NCBI GenBank assembly: GCA_038087875.1
Contig: CM075977.1
Span: 85,622,001 to 85,686,000, forward strand
Source of the DNA: Malacoraja senta
Taxonomy: Eukaryota
Direction of reading: 5' to 3'
Length of the DNA stretch: 64,000 nucleotides
Shown: piece after piece, positions 36,181-47,430 of the stretch
Layout of the letters: the number at the start of each line of letters is the position of its first letter
Numbering within the stretch: position 1 is the first letter of the stretch
Notes under the pieces: generated by a model
What the model was told of the DNA's origin: nothing
Database searches by the model: none
Seen by the model: only the letters and a program-made list of their open reading frames with translations
Made by a program: the position numbers and the translations under genes

Positions 36181-39092
36181 TTTGTGAAACTTGGTTATGT
36201 TGCTCAGGTATCAACAACTTTCAGCACACATTCCCCAGTGGAATTGTAGAGCAAACGGCCTAAATACCTCACGGCGCCAGAAGAAAGTTCCCATGTAATA
36301 GATACCTCTCGGTGTTAAAACTCAGGTTCTCTTCACTTTGTCAGTCAACTGTTTGGATCTTGATACCATTTTTTTTTCTATTGATGTAGAATAAATGGAT
36401 TCATATGTATGAAAAATTAAATTTGTTCTCTTTTAGACTGAGTTTGATGGCTGGCAATTTTAAGTTGCAGCAGTGCATTGAAGCTCTGGTGGTCTGTGAT
36501 AACTGGAACCACACAAACAGCTACAAGTGAAATAATTACTTGAGTTCAACAAACTGCAAGCAGTGGGAAATGACATGTTACACAAGGTCTCGTGTTTCAA
36601 TCTTTCGCAATCTCAAATGGGAAATGATATGTTATACTGCGGAAAAGATAGCGCAAGATAAAAATGACTTTGTAATTTAGATGCGTGCAACTTTCAGTTG
36701 CATTTCTAGATGATAAGTGTATAAATAGTTGCCCTGAAACAAAGGCGAGCTGTATTGTGTTTACTATGACCTAATTGTTTGAGAGTTAAATTAACTGCAC
36801 TCATATAGTCTTAGCCCTTTGCAAGATAAGTAAATGTTGTTTTTTGTGAATTATTTTAGGTGGTTATTCAGGAATACAGGATGTATTATAGGATCTCAAT
36901 GGTTTTAATGATCATAAAGAAGTCTGAATGATGCCGCAAAATTGAATAATTATGAGAAACAAGTTGACTTTGCGTGATATTACTGCAGGAGAAAAAAATA
37001 AACCATATACAGGTTTTAAAGGTTTTCCTAACTTTTAATAAGCACGGTCACTCCGCATCCCTCTAGTCCATTGTGATTATTGATCAGACTGAGTTCTTCA
37101 ACAGTCCCTATAAATCTATCCTGATACTTTTGCTATGTAGTTTTCACAACCATCTTAATAAGAAATATTTGGTACATGTCCTGAACTATGCCCTACCTCT
37201 GCTAGCACCAGATCCATTTGTACTATTTGAAGATTTATTAGCAAAGGTGAAAACATATCTGAGGAACCTAGTACTTGTTTTTCTTCATTTGTGGCATCCA
37301 GGTGTCTTTTAATCACAAAGAAAAACAAAGGATTGCTTTTAAGAGATCTCTAAACATTGGAAAATGCTGAATTTAGAATTGATCCAAATGAAAAGATTAG
37401 CCACACTAAATTAGAAAAGTGAATTCCCAGGGAAATTTGACCAGGTTTCTAATCATGTTATAATTAATACAGGAACTAAAAACTGTTTTCTGCTTTGTTT
37501 CATCATTTCCTCTATATTGTTTCTGAACATTGGACAGAAAAAAAAAATCTCGGATTAATACAGTGGTTTTCATGATTAGAGACACTAAGAATGCAAACAC
37601 TAGATTGGTTGTGGCACTAGGGAAAGCTTAACATTTAGTTAAGGAATGATAAATTCAAGAGTTTTGACTTCTGACACAATTAATGATCTACCTGCCAATT
37701 GCTCTCAAGATTACAACAGTATACTGAAGCATTTATGTTACCTTGAAATTTCTCCCAAATGTGCTTCAGTATTACTACATTCAAAGGTTTTCGGGAACCA
37801 TTGGAACGTGTCAGCATTTTAACCCCAATTTTTACTTTAAACGTTTTTTTGCTGTAAAGGTTTTCCTCAATTTTGTTGAATTTGGTTATTTGTTGCAATT
37901 TTATTCATTCTGCTAATATAGTTTAATCATAAATAGGATTGCATGCGCCTTTGAATGATATGATTAAAAAAAACTTTAAATCATTTCAACAAATTATAGA
38001 GCATCTTTTGATGGTTAATTTATGCACAGCAGTCAGTTTTTTAGTAAACTAAAATTAATAACTTAGAAAAGGAATCTATGATTCTTGGCACGTCAAACAA
38101 GAATGATTTTAAGAGCCTCTCTGAGGTTTAAGTGATGGGAACGCACAATGGTGATTAATTTGAGGTGGAGAATAGCCACCTTTGTAGGCAAAATCAGCTT
38201 CAGTATGACATCTTTGGAGCACATCATGGAAACGCAGTCCATATTAAATCCAAATTTAACTTAAAATGCTGTAAACTCTTGGGCTCATTTCAATGATTTG
38301 ACGTGAATTGTGCTGGAAATTAAAAATAAACAAATTGGCAGAATGGACCAGGAAATTTTCATGCAGGTTTCATATCTGCGATAATTGCACGGATTGATCA
38401 ATCAGAAAATCTATCAGCTTGATTCATTTACTTGTTAGGGAATTTTATACTTAGTCTGGCAAGTCACAACAATATTTTGTGAATTGGATACAGATGTCAA
38501 ACGTTCCTGTGGGCTGTCCCATCCATTATGAATAGCAAATCTTACCACACCTTTGACATAACATATCTGGCCCTGATATCTCCCGTGAGCAAATATACAC
38601 ATGGGATGTGCAAGTACACAAAATAAATAATTGTATCTATTTTCAGTCTGAATCGTTTTGGTATTCATTCCAATATGCTTTAATTCAACTACACAGAGCC
38701 CATATGGACTCAATAAGCAGAATACCCTCCTCTTCTACTCTAACCGTCTGTGATTCTAATAGCAGCCATCGAAATAAGGTTTTGTTATAGGAACTAATAT
38801 TTATTTTTCCACTATCATCAAAGCACACGAAAATTATTTGTTGACAGTCCTGTTGCATATAAAGCAATTCTATCTTTTGAAACTCAATTAATTTGTGTCA
38901 GGGAATGGAACTCTTTCTGACTTTGGATTAGGATTGTGCCAATATCATGATTAACATTTCATGTTTCAATTACAGCATTTGTTAAATGCAGAGTACAGCT
39001 TCATCAAGCTACCCTGGAGATCTGCATGGTGGAATAATTGGTCTAAGCTATGAACACTGAACAGGTTAAATGTGAATTAGCAGGTCAATTAA

Positions 39093-39374
39093 CTTTAGAC
39101 TCTAGCCTTCCGCCCACCGAGTCAGTGCCAACCAGCGATCACCCCATGTACCAGCACTATCCAACACACTAGGAGCAATTTCCAATTTACAGAAGCCAAT
39201 TAACCTACAAACCTGTACGTCTTTGGAATGTGGGAGGAAACCGTAGGACCCGGAGAAAACCCATGCAGTCACAGGGCGAACATATAAATTTCGTACAGAC
39301 AATACGTGTAGTCAGGATTGAACCTGGGCCTCTGGCGCTGTAAGGCAGCAACTCTACCGCTGCAACATTGTGCC
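39093..39374 (-). mobile_element. V-SINE (HE1-like)
   Basis: Colinear with the 27.7 and 53.6 kb copies. Confidence 0.85.
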
Positions 39375-39649
39375 AATCTAAAATTAAAAATGTACATGAA
39401 AGCAGTCCTCCTCTACCACAAATTTTGCAGTTGAGTATCCCGCATTTGGGGGAATCACAGGTGTCAGCACACCTGAAATGCAATGGGATAGCCTTGCCTT
39501 GGGAGAGCGGCCAGCTTGACCACCGATTACCCCCTGCCAGATTAGTATGTTTGGGAAGCAACATTGTGGCCTGTTTTGTTTTCCGTTCAACTTAATGTAA
39601 CTCCCTACTGGATTACAGTGGTTTCCATTAGGTGCCTCTTTTACATATG

Positions 39650-40030
39650 TAACTCCTTTTTTTCAAGAAGGAATGGAGATCATTAAACAGGAAACCTAGG
39701 CTTGTTAGTTTAATATCTGTTGTTGACATGATTCTGGATTCTGCCACCATTGAAAAAAAATAGCTGGTCATTTAGGGGAACAAAATGTGATGAAACTAAG
39801 TCAAACATGTTTTACGAAAGGGAAAACATATTTGTTACAATTCCTGCTGTCATTTGAGTGCCTAACAAACAGAATCAAAGGAGGGGAACCTGCAGATGTG
39901 ATGCATTTGGATTTCCAAAAGGCATTTAATGAGATGCCACATTATAGGCTGCTGCTTAATTTAAGAGCCCATAATATTTGAGAAAGAATGGACTGAAAAC
40001 TGGCTGTCACGTAGAAAACAGAGAGTTGGA
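39650..40030 (+). mobile_element. Degenerate CR1 RT fragment
   Basis: GEPADVMHLDFQKAFNEMPH.RLL. Confidence 0.7.
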
Positions 40031-40281
40031 TGATAGACACAAAAACCTGGAGGAAACTCAGAGGGACAGGCAACATCTGGGGTGGGAGATTGCAACCTTC
40101 ACGTGGCCCGCCCTGTTTCAACTAATGCAATCAACCTGGTGTGCACAATCAAATAGGATCAAATAGAACAAGTTGTCCTACAACTTTCGACTCTGCACGC
40201 CATACGCAAGAAGAAGAAGAAGGTAGCATCTCCGGAGAGAAGGAATGGATGACGTTTCGGGTCGTGACCCTTCTTCAGACC
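40031..40281 (-). mobile_element. Penelope-like short element with an intact hammerhead core, interrupted by a 143-bp (AAG)n-tailed insert
   Basis: Minus strand 40281-40247 reads GGT-CTGAAGA-AGGGTC-AC-GACCC-GAAA-CG-TC-ATCC. The insert 40079-40221 is flanked by GGCAACATCT / GGTAGCATCT. Confidence 0.75.
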
Positions 40282-40284
40282 AAA

Positions 40285-40560
40285 TACCTGAATACCAAAG
40301 CAGCTACTGTACATTATAGAGAGCTGACTGAGAGCAAATGATCATGTGGTGGTCAGTAAAAGATATTCAAATGCGCTCTCAGAACATCGCTGAAGAGTTT
40401 CAACATTGATGCACACCAGTGGGAACACCAAGGATTGGATAGTCCTGTATGGTGTACTCCCATAAAAAGTGGTGATTGTTCATACGAGCATGTTAGGATA
40501 CATGATGCAAAGAGGAAAAGTGAATCTCAAAAATCAAGAACCACTGATGTTGCAACATCC
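40285..40560 (+). mobile_element. RTE-clade LINE 3' fragment (degenerate)
   Basis: IPKQLLY...EL...CGGQ.K.FK..LRTSLKSFNID...WE....D...W resembles the RTE C-terminal region. Confidence 0.65.
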
Positions 40561-41151
40561 CTACCAGAATTATACCTGTTTATGTACAAGTATAATAAAG
40601 ACTTCCTCCTACACTCCGGCTCCAAGATAATAATCCATAACTTCTCCGAGAAAGGTATGCCAAACTTAAAATATATGAGCACATTCATGAATAAAATGGT
40701 AGGGAGGCTGCAGTGGAAAAAGAGGCCATTTAGTCTGTCAAATCTGCCCCAACTCTATTTCAGGGCAATTCAACTAATCCCTCTTCCAATTCCAGCCCCA
40801 ATGAACACAGAAGTAGCAAAGTAGAACCTTTTACTTCAAGCACTGATTTTATTGCTGATTGTAAGAATCTTCAGTTTTGCAGAAAATTGCCTGAAATGAA
40901 ATGTACCGTACAATGTTTTAATGCTCGATTCATGATAAATCAGCGACTTACTGTGAGTTGCACCAATGGTGAAATTTTCCTTCCAAATCGTCTGTGACTA
41001 ATACACTCGCAGATGGATGAGCCCAGAGGTGCAGGATTTTCATCCACATGCTAAAACTACTTCCAAACAGTAAAGGGCAGGATGTGGGTAGAGTTTGGGG
41101 ATGAGACATGTTGCAGCAGGGTCTGTTGCTGAAGCCTCTAATTTGATATGA

Positions 41152-41441
41152 GGGGCGGCACAGCAGCACAGCAGTAGAGTTGCTGCCTTGTAGCACCTGA
41201 CACCGCGGTTTGATCCTGACCAAAGATACTTGTCTGTACAGTTTGTGCGTTCTCCCTGTGAACACATGAGTTTTCTCTGGGTGCTCCGGTTTCCTCTGAC
41301 ATTCCAAAGATGTACAGGTTTGGCTTCTGTAAATTGTCCCTAGTGTGTAGGATAGAACTAGTGTATGGGCAATTGCTAGTCGGCGTGGACTCAGTGGGCC
41401 CAAGGGCTTGTTTCCTCTCTGTATCTCTAAATTAAAATAAA
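41152..41441 (+). mobile_element. V-SINE (HE1-like)
   Basis: GGGGCGGCAC head, B-box-like GGTTTGATCC, V-core GGGTGCTCCGGTTTCCTC, CR1-type tail. Confidence 0.88.
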
Positions 41442-42252
41442 CGAAGGGTCTCAACCCAAAACGTCACTCTTCAGAAATGCTGCCTGTCCTGTTGAGTTAC
41501 TCCAGCATTTTGTGTCTATAAACTAAACTTTGTCCCATTATAAAACTGAAGGTGCCAGTGACAGCACAGACTCAATGGTCCAAACTGACTCGTGTAACAG
41601 AGGACATTCCATGCAATGATGCTAAATAAGTGAAATTGAAAGAAAATTATAATACAGATTCTGCCAGTTACCCATTCTTAAAATGTGTCAATTCTTAAAA
41701 GCAAGGCGCTCAAATGTGTGCAATTAGATTCAGTGATAAACTCAACATCGGCAACCTTGCATGCCATGCAGAACAAAATGTGTAAAAGTTATACATTTTG
41801 ATTTAAAAGCTAGATTTTCACATTATGTGCCTCAGTGTCTCTGATCTAGTCCTTGGTGCCATGTCCTGCCTGGGTCCCAGGTGTCAGGTCTAACATCAGA
41901 TGGACCCCAACATCAAGGCCTGGCATTAGCTGCCACCAGGAACATGACCTTCTCAGCCTGAAAAGGTCCCAAACCTTGTCTGTCCATTCTCTCCATATTT
42001 TATTCACGGACCCACTGAGTTCCTCCAGCACTTTGTGTTATGAACATGACCTTCTCAGAGGGATGTGAAGTGCTAGCCATGGTCTACAGCCGTGACCTCC
42101 ACGGCACACTGGTCCAAGCACATCTAAATTCTTAATAAACTACATAGTAACATCACCAGCTTCTGCTTTCAAGATGGGACTGGCATGGAGATTTCTGACC
42201 ATATTCTCACAATTTAGACTTTACTTTAGACTTTAGAGATATAGCGCGGACA

Positions 42253-42872
42253 TGTAATTATGCTCCTACAGCTTACCCCCTTAGTCTAGTTCAGTAAAAC
42301 ACTGAGTCAAGCATTGGATCAACTAACTCTTTATTCTCACTCACAAACAATTCCCTATACGATACCTAACCAACACCGTGGGCCCAACCTTGTCTCTACT
42401 CGTCCAAGCCCTTCAGCCTTGTGTGAATAAACACCTCCAGACAGTTAACGCAGTCCCAAGTGCACCTCCAGAAGATTGACTCCAATCCATGTGGTGTCCC
42501 CTCTTTTATACTGTATCGGACCTGTGGTGCGAAAATACATGGGGGGGAGGGGCAACCCCTACAAGCCAATCACAAATAAAGATCATATAATACATGTATT
42601 GACAGTTCCCTAACCCAATCACAAAGTACCCCATTACATTGTTTCCACAGAAGGTTCTAGTTGGAAGACAGTTCACCAAAGTAAAGAAACATTTCCCCAG
42701 GTAGTATAAACAATTTGAACAAGGCTCCATACTTTGACCAATCACAAGATAACAGCACAAACACTGCAACATAATTAACAATACTTTACAACACCCCATT
42801 CTATAACCAATCCTAATCATGCATTTGCAACCCTGCTCAGCTCTTTCTGCAAAACCCTCATACATTTTAACA
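42253..42872 (-). mobile_element. Solo-LTR-like element (620 bp)
   Basis: TG...CA termini. The minus strand has four ATTGG boxes, then TATAAAA (~42504-42510), then AATAAA (~42330-42335), the U3-R-U5 order. No adjacent PBS or PPT seen. Confidence 0.6.
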
Positions 42873-43042
42873 ATAGAGAGGACATCTGGACATCACCCTG
42901 TGCTTGACTTACTCCCAGGCTCCAAACTCCTTGGAGCCATGAGACTCATGGCTCTGCAGCTTTTCACAGAAGAGGACAAGCAGGCTTTGCAAATGCAGAG
43001 ATCCTCCAATTTGGTGACATATTTATTTGGCCAATATTATCA

Positions 43043-43324
43043 GAAACAGGCCACCAGCTCACCGAGTCCGCACCAACCAACGATCACCCCATACACTGAC
43101 ACTATCCTACACACTAGGAAAAAATTACAATATTTTTACCAAAGCCAATTAACCTACAAACTTGTGCATCTTTGAAATGTGGGAGGAAACCGGAGCACCA
43201 GAGATAACCCACGCGGTCATAGGGAGAATGTACAAACTCCGTGCAGACAGCACCCGTAGTCAGGATCGAACCTGGGTCTCTGGGGCTGTAAGGCAACAAT
43301 ACCACTGTGTCACTGTGCAGCCCC
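43043..43324 (-). mobile_element. V-SINE (HE1-like); its tail may be displaced to 42213-42250
   Basis: Colinear with the other copies but lacks the terminal tail. A matching tail piece lies on the far side of the LTR-like insert. Confidence 0.8.
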
Positions 43325-45145
43325 TCTACTGCTGCACCATTGTGTTTAAGTAAAGTAAAGCTCCAGGAAATTGACATCCCATGGGAACGTCGCAAGGGGG
43401 AATAGCCCTGGCCTCCTGTCATGGGAAGTTCTATGTCATCAGCCAGCTGGCAACTTGTGTACACAGGTCTGGCCTATGATGTCTGCAAGCCATCAAGGCT
43501 TTCTTTACCTGAAGAACTTTGAGGTAAGTGAGGACTTTACCATGTTGTGAGGTTGCTTCAGCATTACTTTAAGAGACCCTGCTTGAGCAGATGCAACTTT
43601 GGTGTTGTGAAGCTGCCTCAGGCATGTCCCCTGTAATTAATATATTTAACTGTGCACCCACCTCCCACTCTACCACCCACTTCCCAAACTCGCAGCCGTA
43701 AACCTGACTCTCCTTACCTTTCATATGCTACTCTGAATGGATCGTGCAGTACCCTACAATCTGCTGACTGCTTTTGATCCCTCACTATCAGAATAAAACA
43801 CACTATCCTTGTTACTAACCCCCCCCCCCCTGAGTAACTCTCATCCACACCAATCCTGAAGGACTCTGACCTTAACTCCATCTGCCCCGTTACTGATTCT
43901 CCCCCAAATTTTGACCACCATGGCACCAAATAAATGCTGGAATTAAACATTGCCTAGACCCTAACCCCACCCTACCACCAAACATTGCTCCAAACGTACT
44001 GTCGACCATTTGACTACAACCCATCTGTAGACTAGTTGGTGCCAACCTCCTGAGTACCAGACCATCTTCCGATCACAACCCCTCAGGCTTTCCTCTCCTC
44101 CTACGTGCGTGGCTGTCCTTGGTTTCATAACTATCTGCTTTATTTTACACTATCCTCAATAGTGGAACGTGATGGAAGGGCTAGTCTCCTTAGGGCCTGT
44201 AGTGATGCCCATATTAACGGATTAATCTCAATGTCCTAGCTGGGCCTGCTTCAATTGATGAATGTGTGTTCATCGCTCATTATTGATAAAATATGTGGCA
44301 CATTTCCTAAACAGTTTTTGTCAACGTTTTCCGTACAAGTGATATATTTTGATTCTAATGCCGTGTTAATTATTCACTGAAATCAATATCTTAGAATTTG
44401 TTTGGAGTTTAACGTCCATTCTTGATGATACAACAAAGTGAATTCCACCAAAAATTATAACTATCGCACAAATTTCACTGTACCAATTGGCGCATGTGAC
44501 AATAAATGGGAACCTGAACTTGAACTTGAACTTGAACATAGCATCGAGCAAATTGACAGAGACTTCGAGTTTTGCTTCAAGAGGCTTTATTGCATGATAT
44601 CATGGAGAGATGGCGGTGATTAACTGCCCACCAGTTTTCTGTCTTTGCAGCAGAATTAGCCGACAGTTATACAGTGCAGTAAAAAATAAAAAATTCTGTT
44701 AGACACAATTATACGAAAATATACTTCGTCCTTGGCTGTATGTTTTCCTGTTATTACTATCTACTACATGGGTATTAATTATTTCATTGGTCATAATATA
44801 CTTTTTGTTTATGTTAATCTTATTCAACAATGGATGGTTAGTACGTCAAACATAATAAAAGGGCATCTTGACATTACTCTATCTCATCTTTCAAGCAGAC
44901 CGCGCCACTGCCCTCTCCCAGAGACAATCATAAGCCCCCCATTGTCTGCAATGTTTCTGCGCTACTAGTGGCAGGGGGCACAGGTGGTCTACCCAACTAT
45001 TGCTGTTGTGTTTGGTTTACCAATGCTACACATTCCCACACAAAAAAAATAGGTATGAGGTCAATTCTAGGAGATAACGCATCTGAAATTTGTTTTGCCA
45101 GATTCCTATGATCTTCTCTGCAGCTGGTCAACAAGAGATGCCAAT

Positions 45146-46031
45146 AAGCGAGTTCGGTATTCTGAAAAATGCAAGGAATCATGGGATTTGTCAAAGGTCA
45201 CTCGCGATAAACACCCTCGGCAACCGTGACGCCGCATGCACACAGACCCGGGCCCGATCCGCAGCCAGGATCGAACCCGTGTCCCCGGCGCCACAAGCAC
45301 TGCCGAACCTCCACTGGACCCCATCCCCATCCCCCCCTGAGCGCCTCATCCCCGTCCGAGGGAGGCCGGAAATGCTCGGGGCGACCCCGGACTGACGGGA
45401 CACCGGCCCAGAGCAGCGGTGGCCCAGGCTCACAGTCAGCATGGAGAAGAAGCGCCAACTCCAGCCCAATTCCGCCTGTCCCGCCCGTCCCGCCTGATCA
45501 ACCAACAGCCCCGGATATGATGGGACACCCGCCTGGAGCAGCGGCGACCCAGGCCCACAGCCAGCGTGGAGGAGAAGCGCCAACTCCAGCCCAACTACGC
45601 CCGTTCCGCTGGGGTAACCGACAGCCCTGGACCTACAGAACACTGGCTCGGAGCAGTGGAGCTAGCGCATTTTCTCCGCGCCGGCTGCAAGCCTGGGCCG
45701 CCACCGCTCCGGGCCAGTGCCCAGCCAGTCCAGGGCCGCCGGTCAACCTGGCGGGACAGGCAGAGCCGAGCCAGAGTCAGCAACCCCCCCCTCCCCCCCC
45801 CCCCCCCCACCAGTCCAGGACCACCCGGACATCTCTGGCTGCCCCGGACAGCGACAGGACACCCAGGAGGGGACAGGGATGGCCCAGCAGCAACTCAACA
45901 GCGTCTGTAGCGCTGGAGTCCGGGCAGGGCGAAACGCAGGTCTGCACACATACAGCAGCACAGCCGCTAAGAATGTTTATCGCAAGTGACCCATGACCTG
46001 GGCATGCGCAATCGGAATACGGAACTCGCTT
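45146..46031. mobile_element. GC-rich non-autonomous DNA transposon (886 bp), possibly ISL2EU/PIF-Harbinger group
   Basis: Bipartite TIRs AAGCGAGTTC(G/C)GTATTC(T/C)GA ... GGTCACT(C/T)GCGATAAACA at both ends. Flanked by AT on each side, giving an inferred CAATTG target. Confidence 0.7.
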
Positions 46032-46116
46032 ATTGCCACATCCGCACACCCTATCGTTACCTCATTTAATTCCCATCATAATTAAGCAAATTGAGATTTT
46101 AATTTTTCTTCTACAC

Positions 46117-46345
46117 ATAGCCATAGAGTCATAGAGTGATACAGTGTGGAAACAGGCCCTTCGGCCCAACTTGCCCACACTGGCCAACATGTCTTTTCCC
46201 CTTCACCTTAAATCTATGTTCTCTGGTCTTCGATCAACCTATGGCAAGAGACTCTGTGCATCTACCTGATCTATTCCTCTCATGATTTCATACACCTCAA
46301 TAAGATCATGATTTTATACACCTCATCCTCCTGTGCTCTAAGGAG
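46117..46345 (-). mobile_element. CR1 3' end fragment
   Basis: Tail (CATAGAGT)n and GGAAACAGGCCCTTCGGCCC, matching the other CR1 ends. Confidence 0.8.
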
Positions 46346-47430
46346 CATCCAACAGCATACAGATCTGAAATAATCATGATCATGATAAAAGCCAGATCTG
46401 AAATAAGGCCCAATACTTTCTATCTATCTCATGACCTTCACATTAACCTAACACATTAACATAGAACATCCTTTGTTGTAGCTTTATCATCATTCTTGAG
46501 TCACAAATAATCAGAGATCATTCTCCCACGATTATATTTTAGAATAGAATAACTGAAACCACCTTAGTGTCAAGACAGGGCCAGGGAAAAATGAATTTAG
46601 ACTCTGGGATAAATTGAAGATGTAGTCACGGAGCTGAATAGATTGGTTGCAGAGAATTTATCCAAATCTGATCCAAAAACGCAACACCTGACAGATCTGT
46701 CTAACCTTAGGTATTAAAGGCTTGAGAGATGGCAAAACTCTCACGGTGGTTTTAATCTGCATTAATGCAACAAGGAAAGTGTGTAAGTAAGTGACTAATA
46801 CTCACTTGGTAAATGAGTAGAAATGATTTTAAAAAAAGATTAAAACTGCCCTTGGAAATCAAACACAAAATTTTGGTTCCTGCAACAAAGATTTTATGTT
46901 CATATGTCTGGAAGATATTGGTTATGGGAAACCACAGAATAGCAGAATCATCAAAGGGTGATTTACTGATCTTTAAATTCAGTGCATGTCAATTACTTTC
47001 CATGAACACTGCTATGAATCTCTCACTTGTCTCTGTCCCCTGTGTTTCTTCTCTCCTGCATGCCCTTATATCACAGTTCAAGAGATTCTGTACGGGCATA
47101 TTATTAATGCAATTTTGCTGTTCCTAACATGCTGAATGATATTCTGAGTTTAATTTTACACGTAATAACTGTTAATATTCTTACAGCATGTTATATGTAA
47201 TTAAAGAATATCAATTATCAGTTGGCCAATTCGATATTGAGCCTAGGAGGCTGCGTGGCCCATATGATCGGTGTGGTGTTCGTCAGATTGGTGTAACACT
47301 CTGGACTCTTGACACTTGATGGTGAATTAAAGTGGGAAATACCCATACAGAGTGTGAGGAAGCGGTCACCTTGCTAACGTTCCAGCAGCAGTAATCGGTG
47401 TGCCTGAGCCTAAGAACTCCATTATCCATT

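Noticed and set aside
45090-46049. 256-aa Pro-rich ORF and many overlapping ORFs
   Set aside because: Most frames are open because of very high GC. No domain is recognisable and the region lies within a TIR element.
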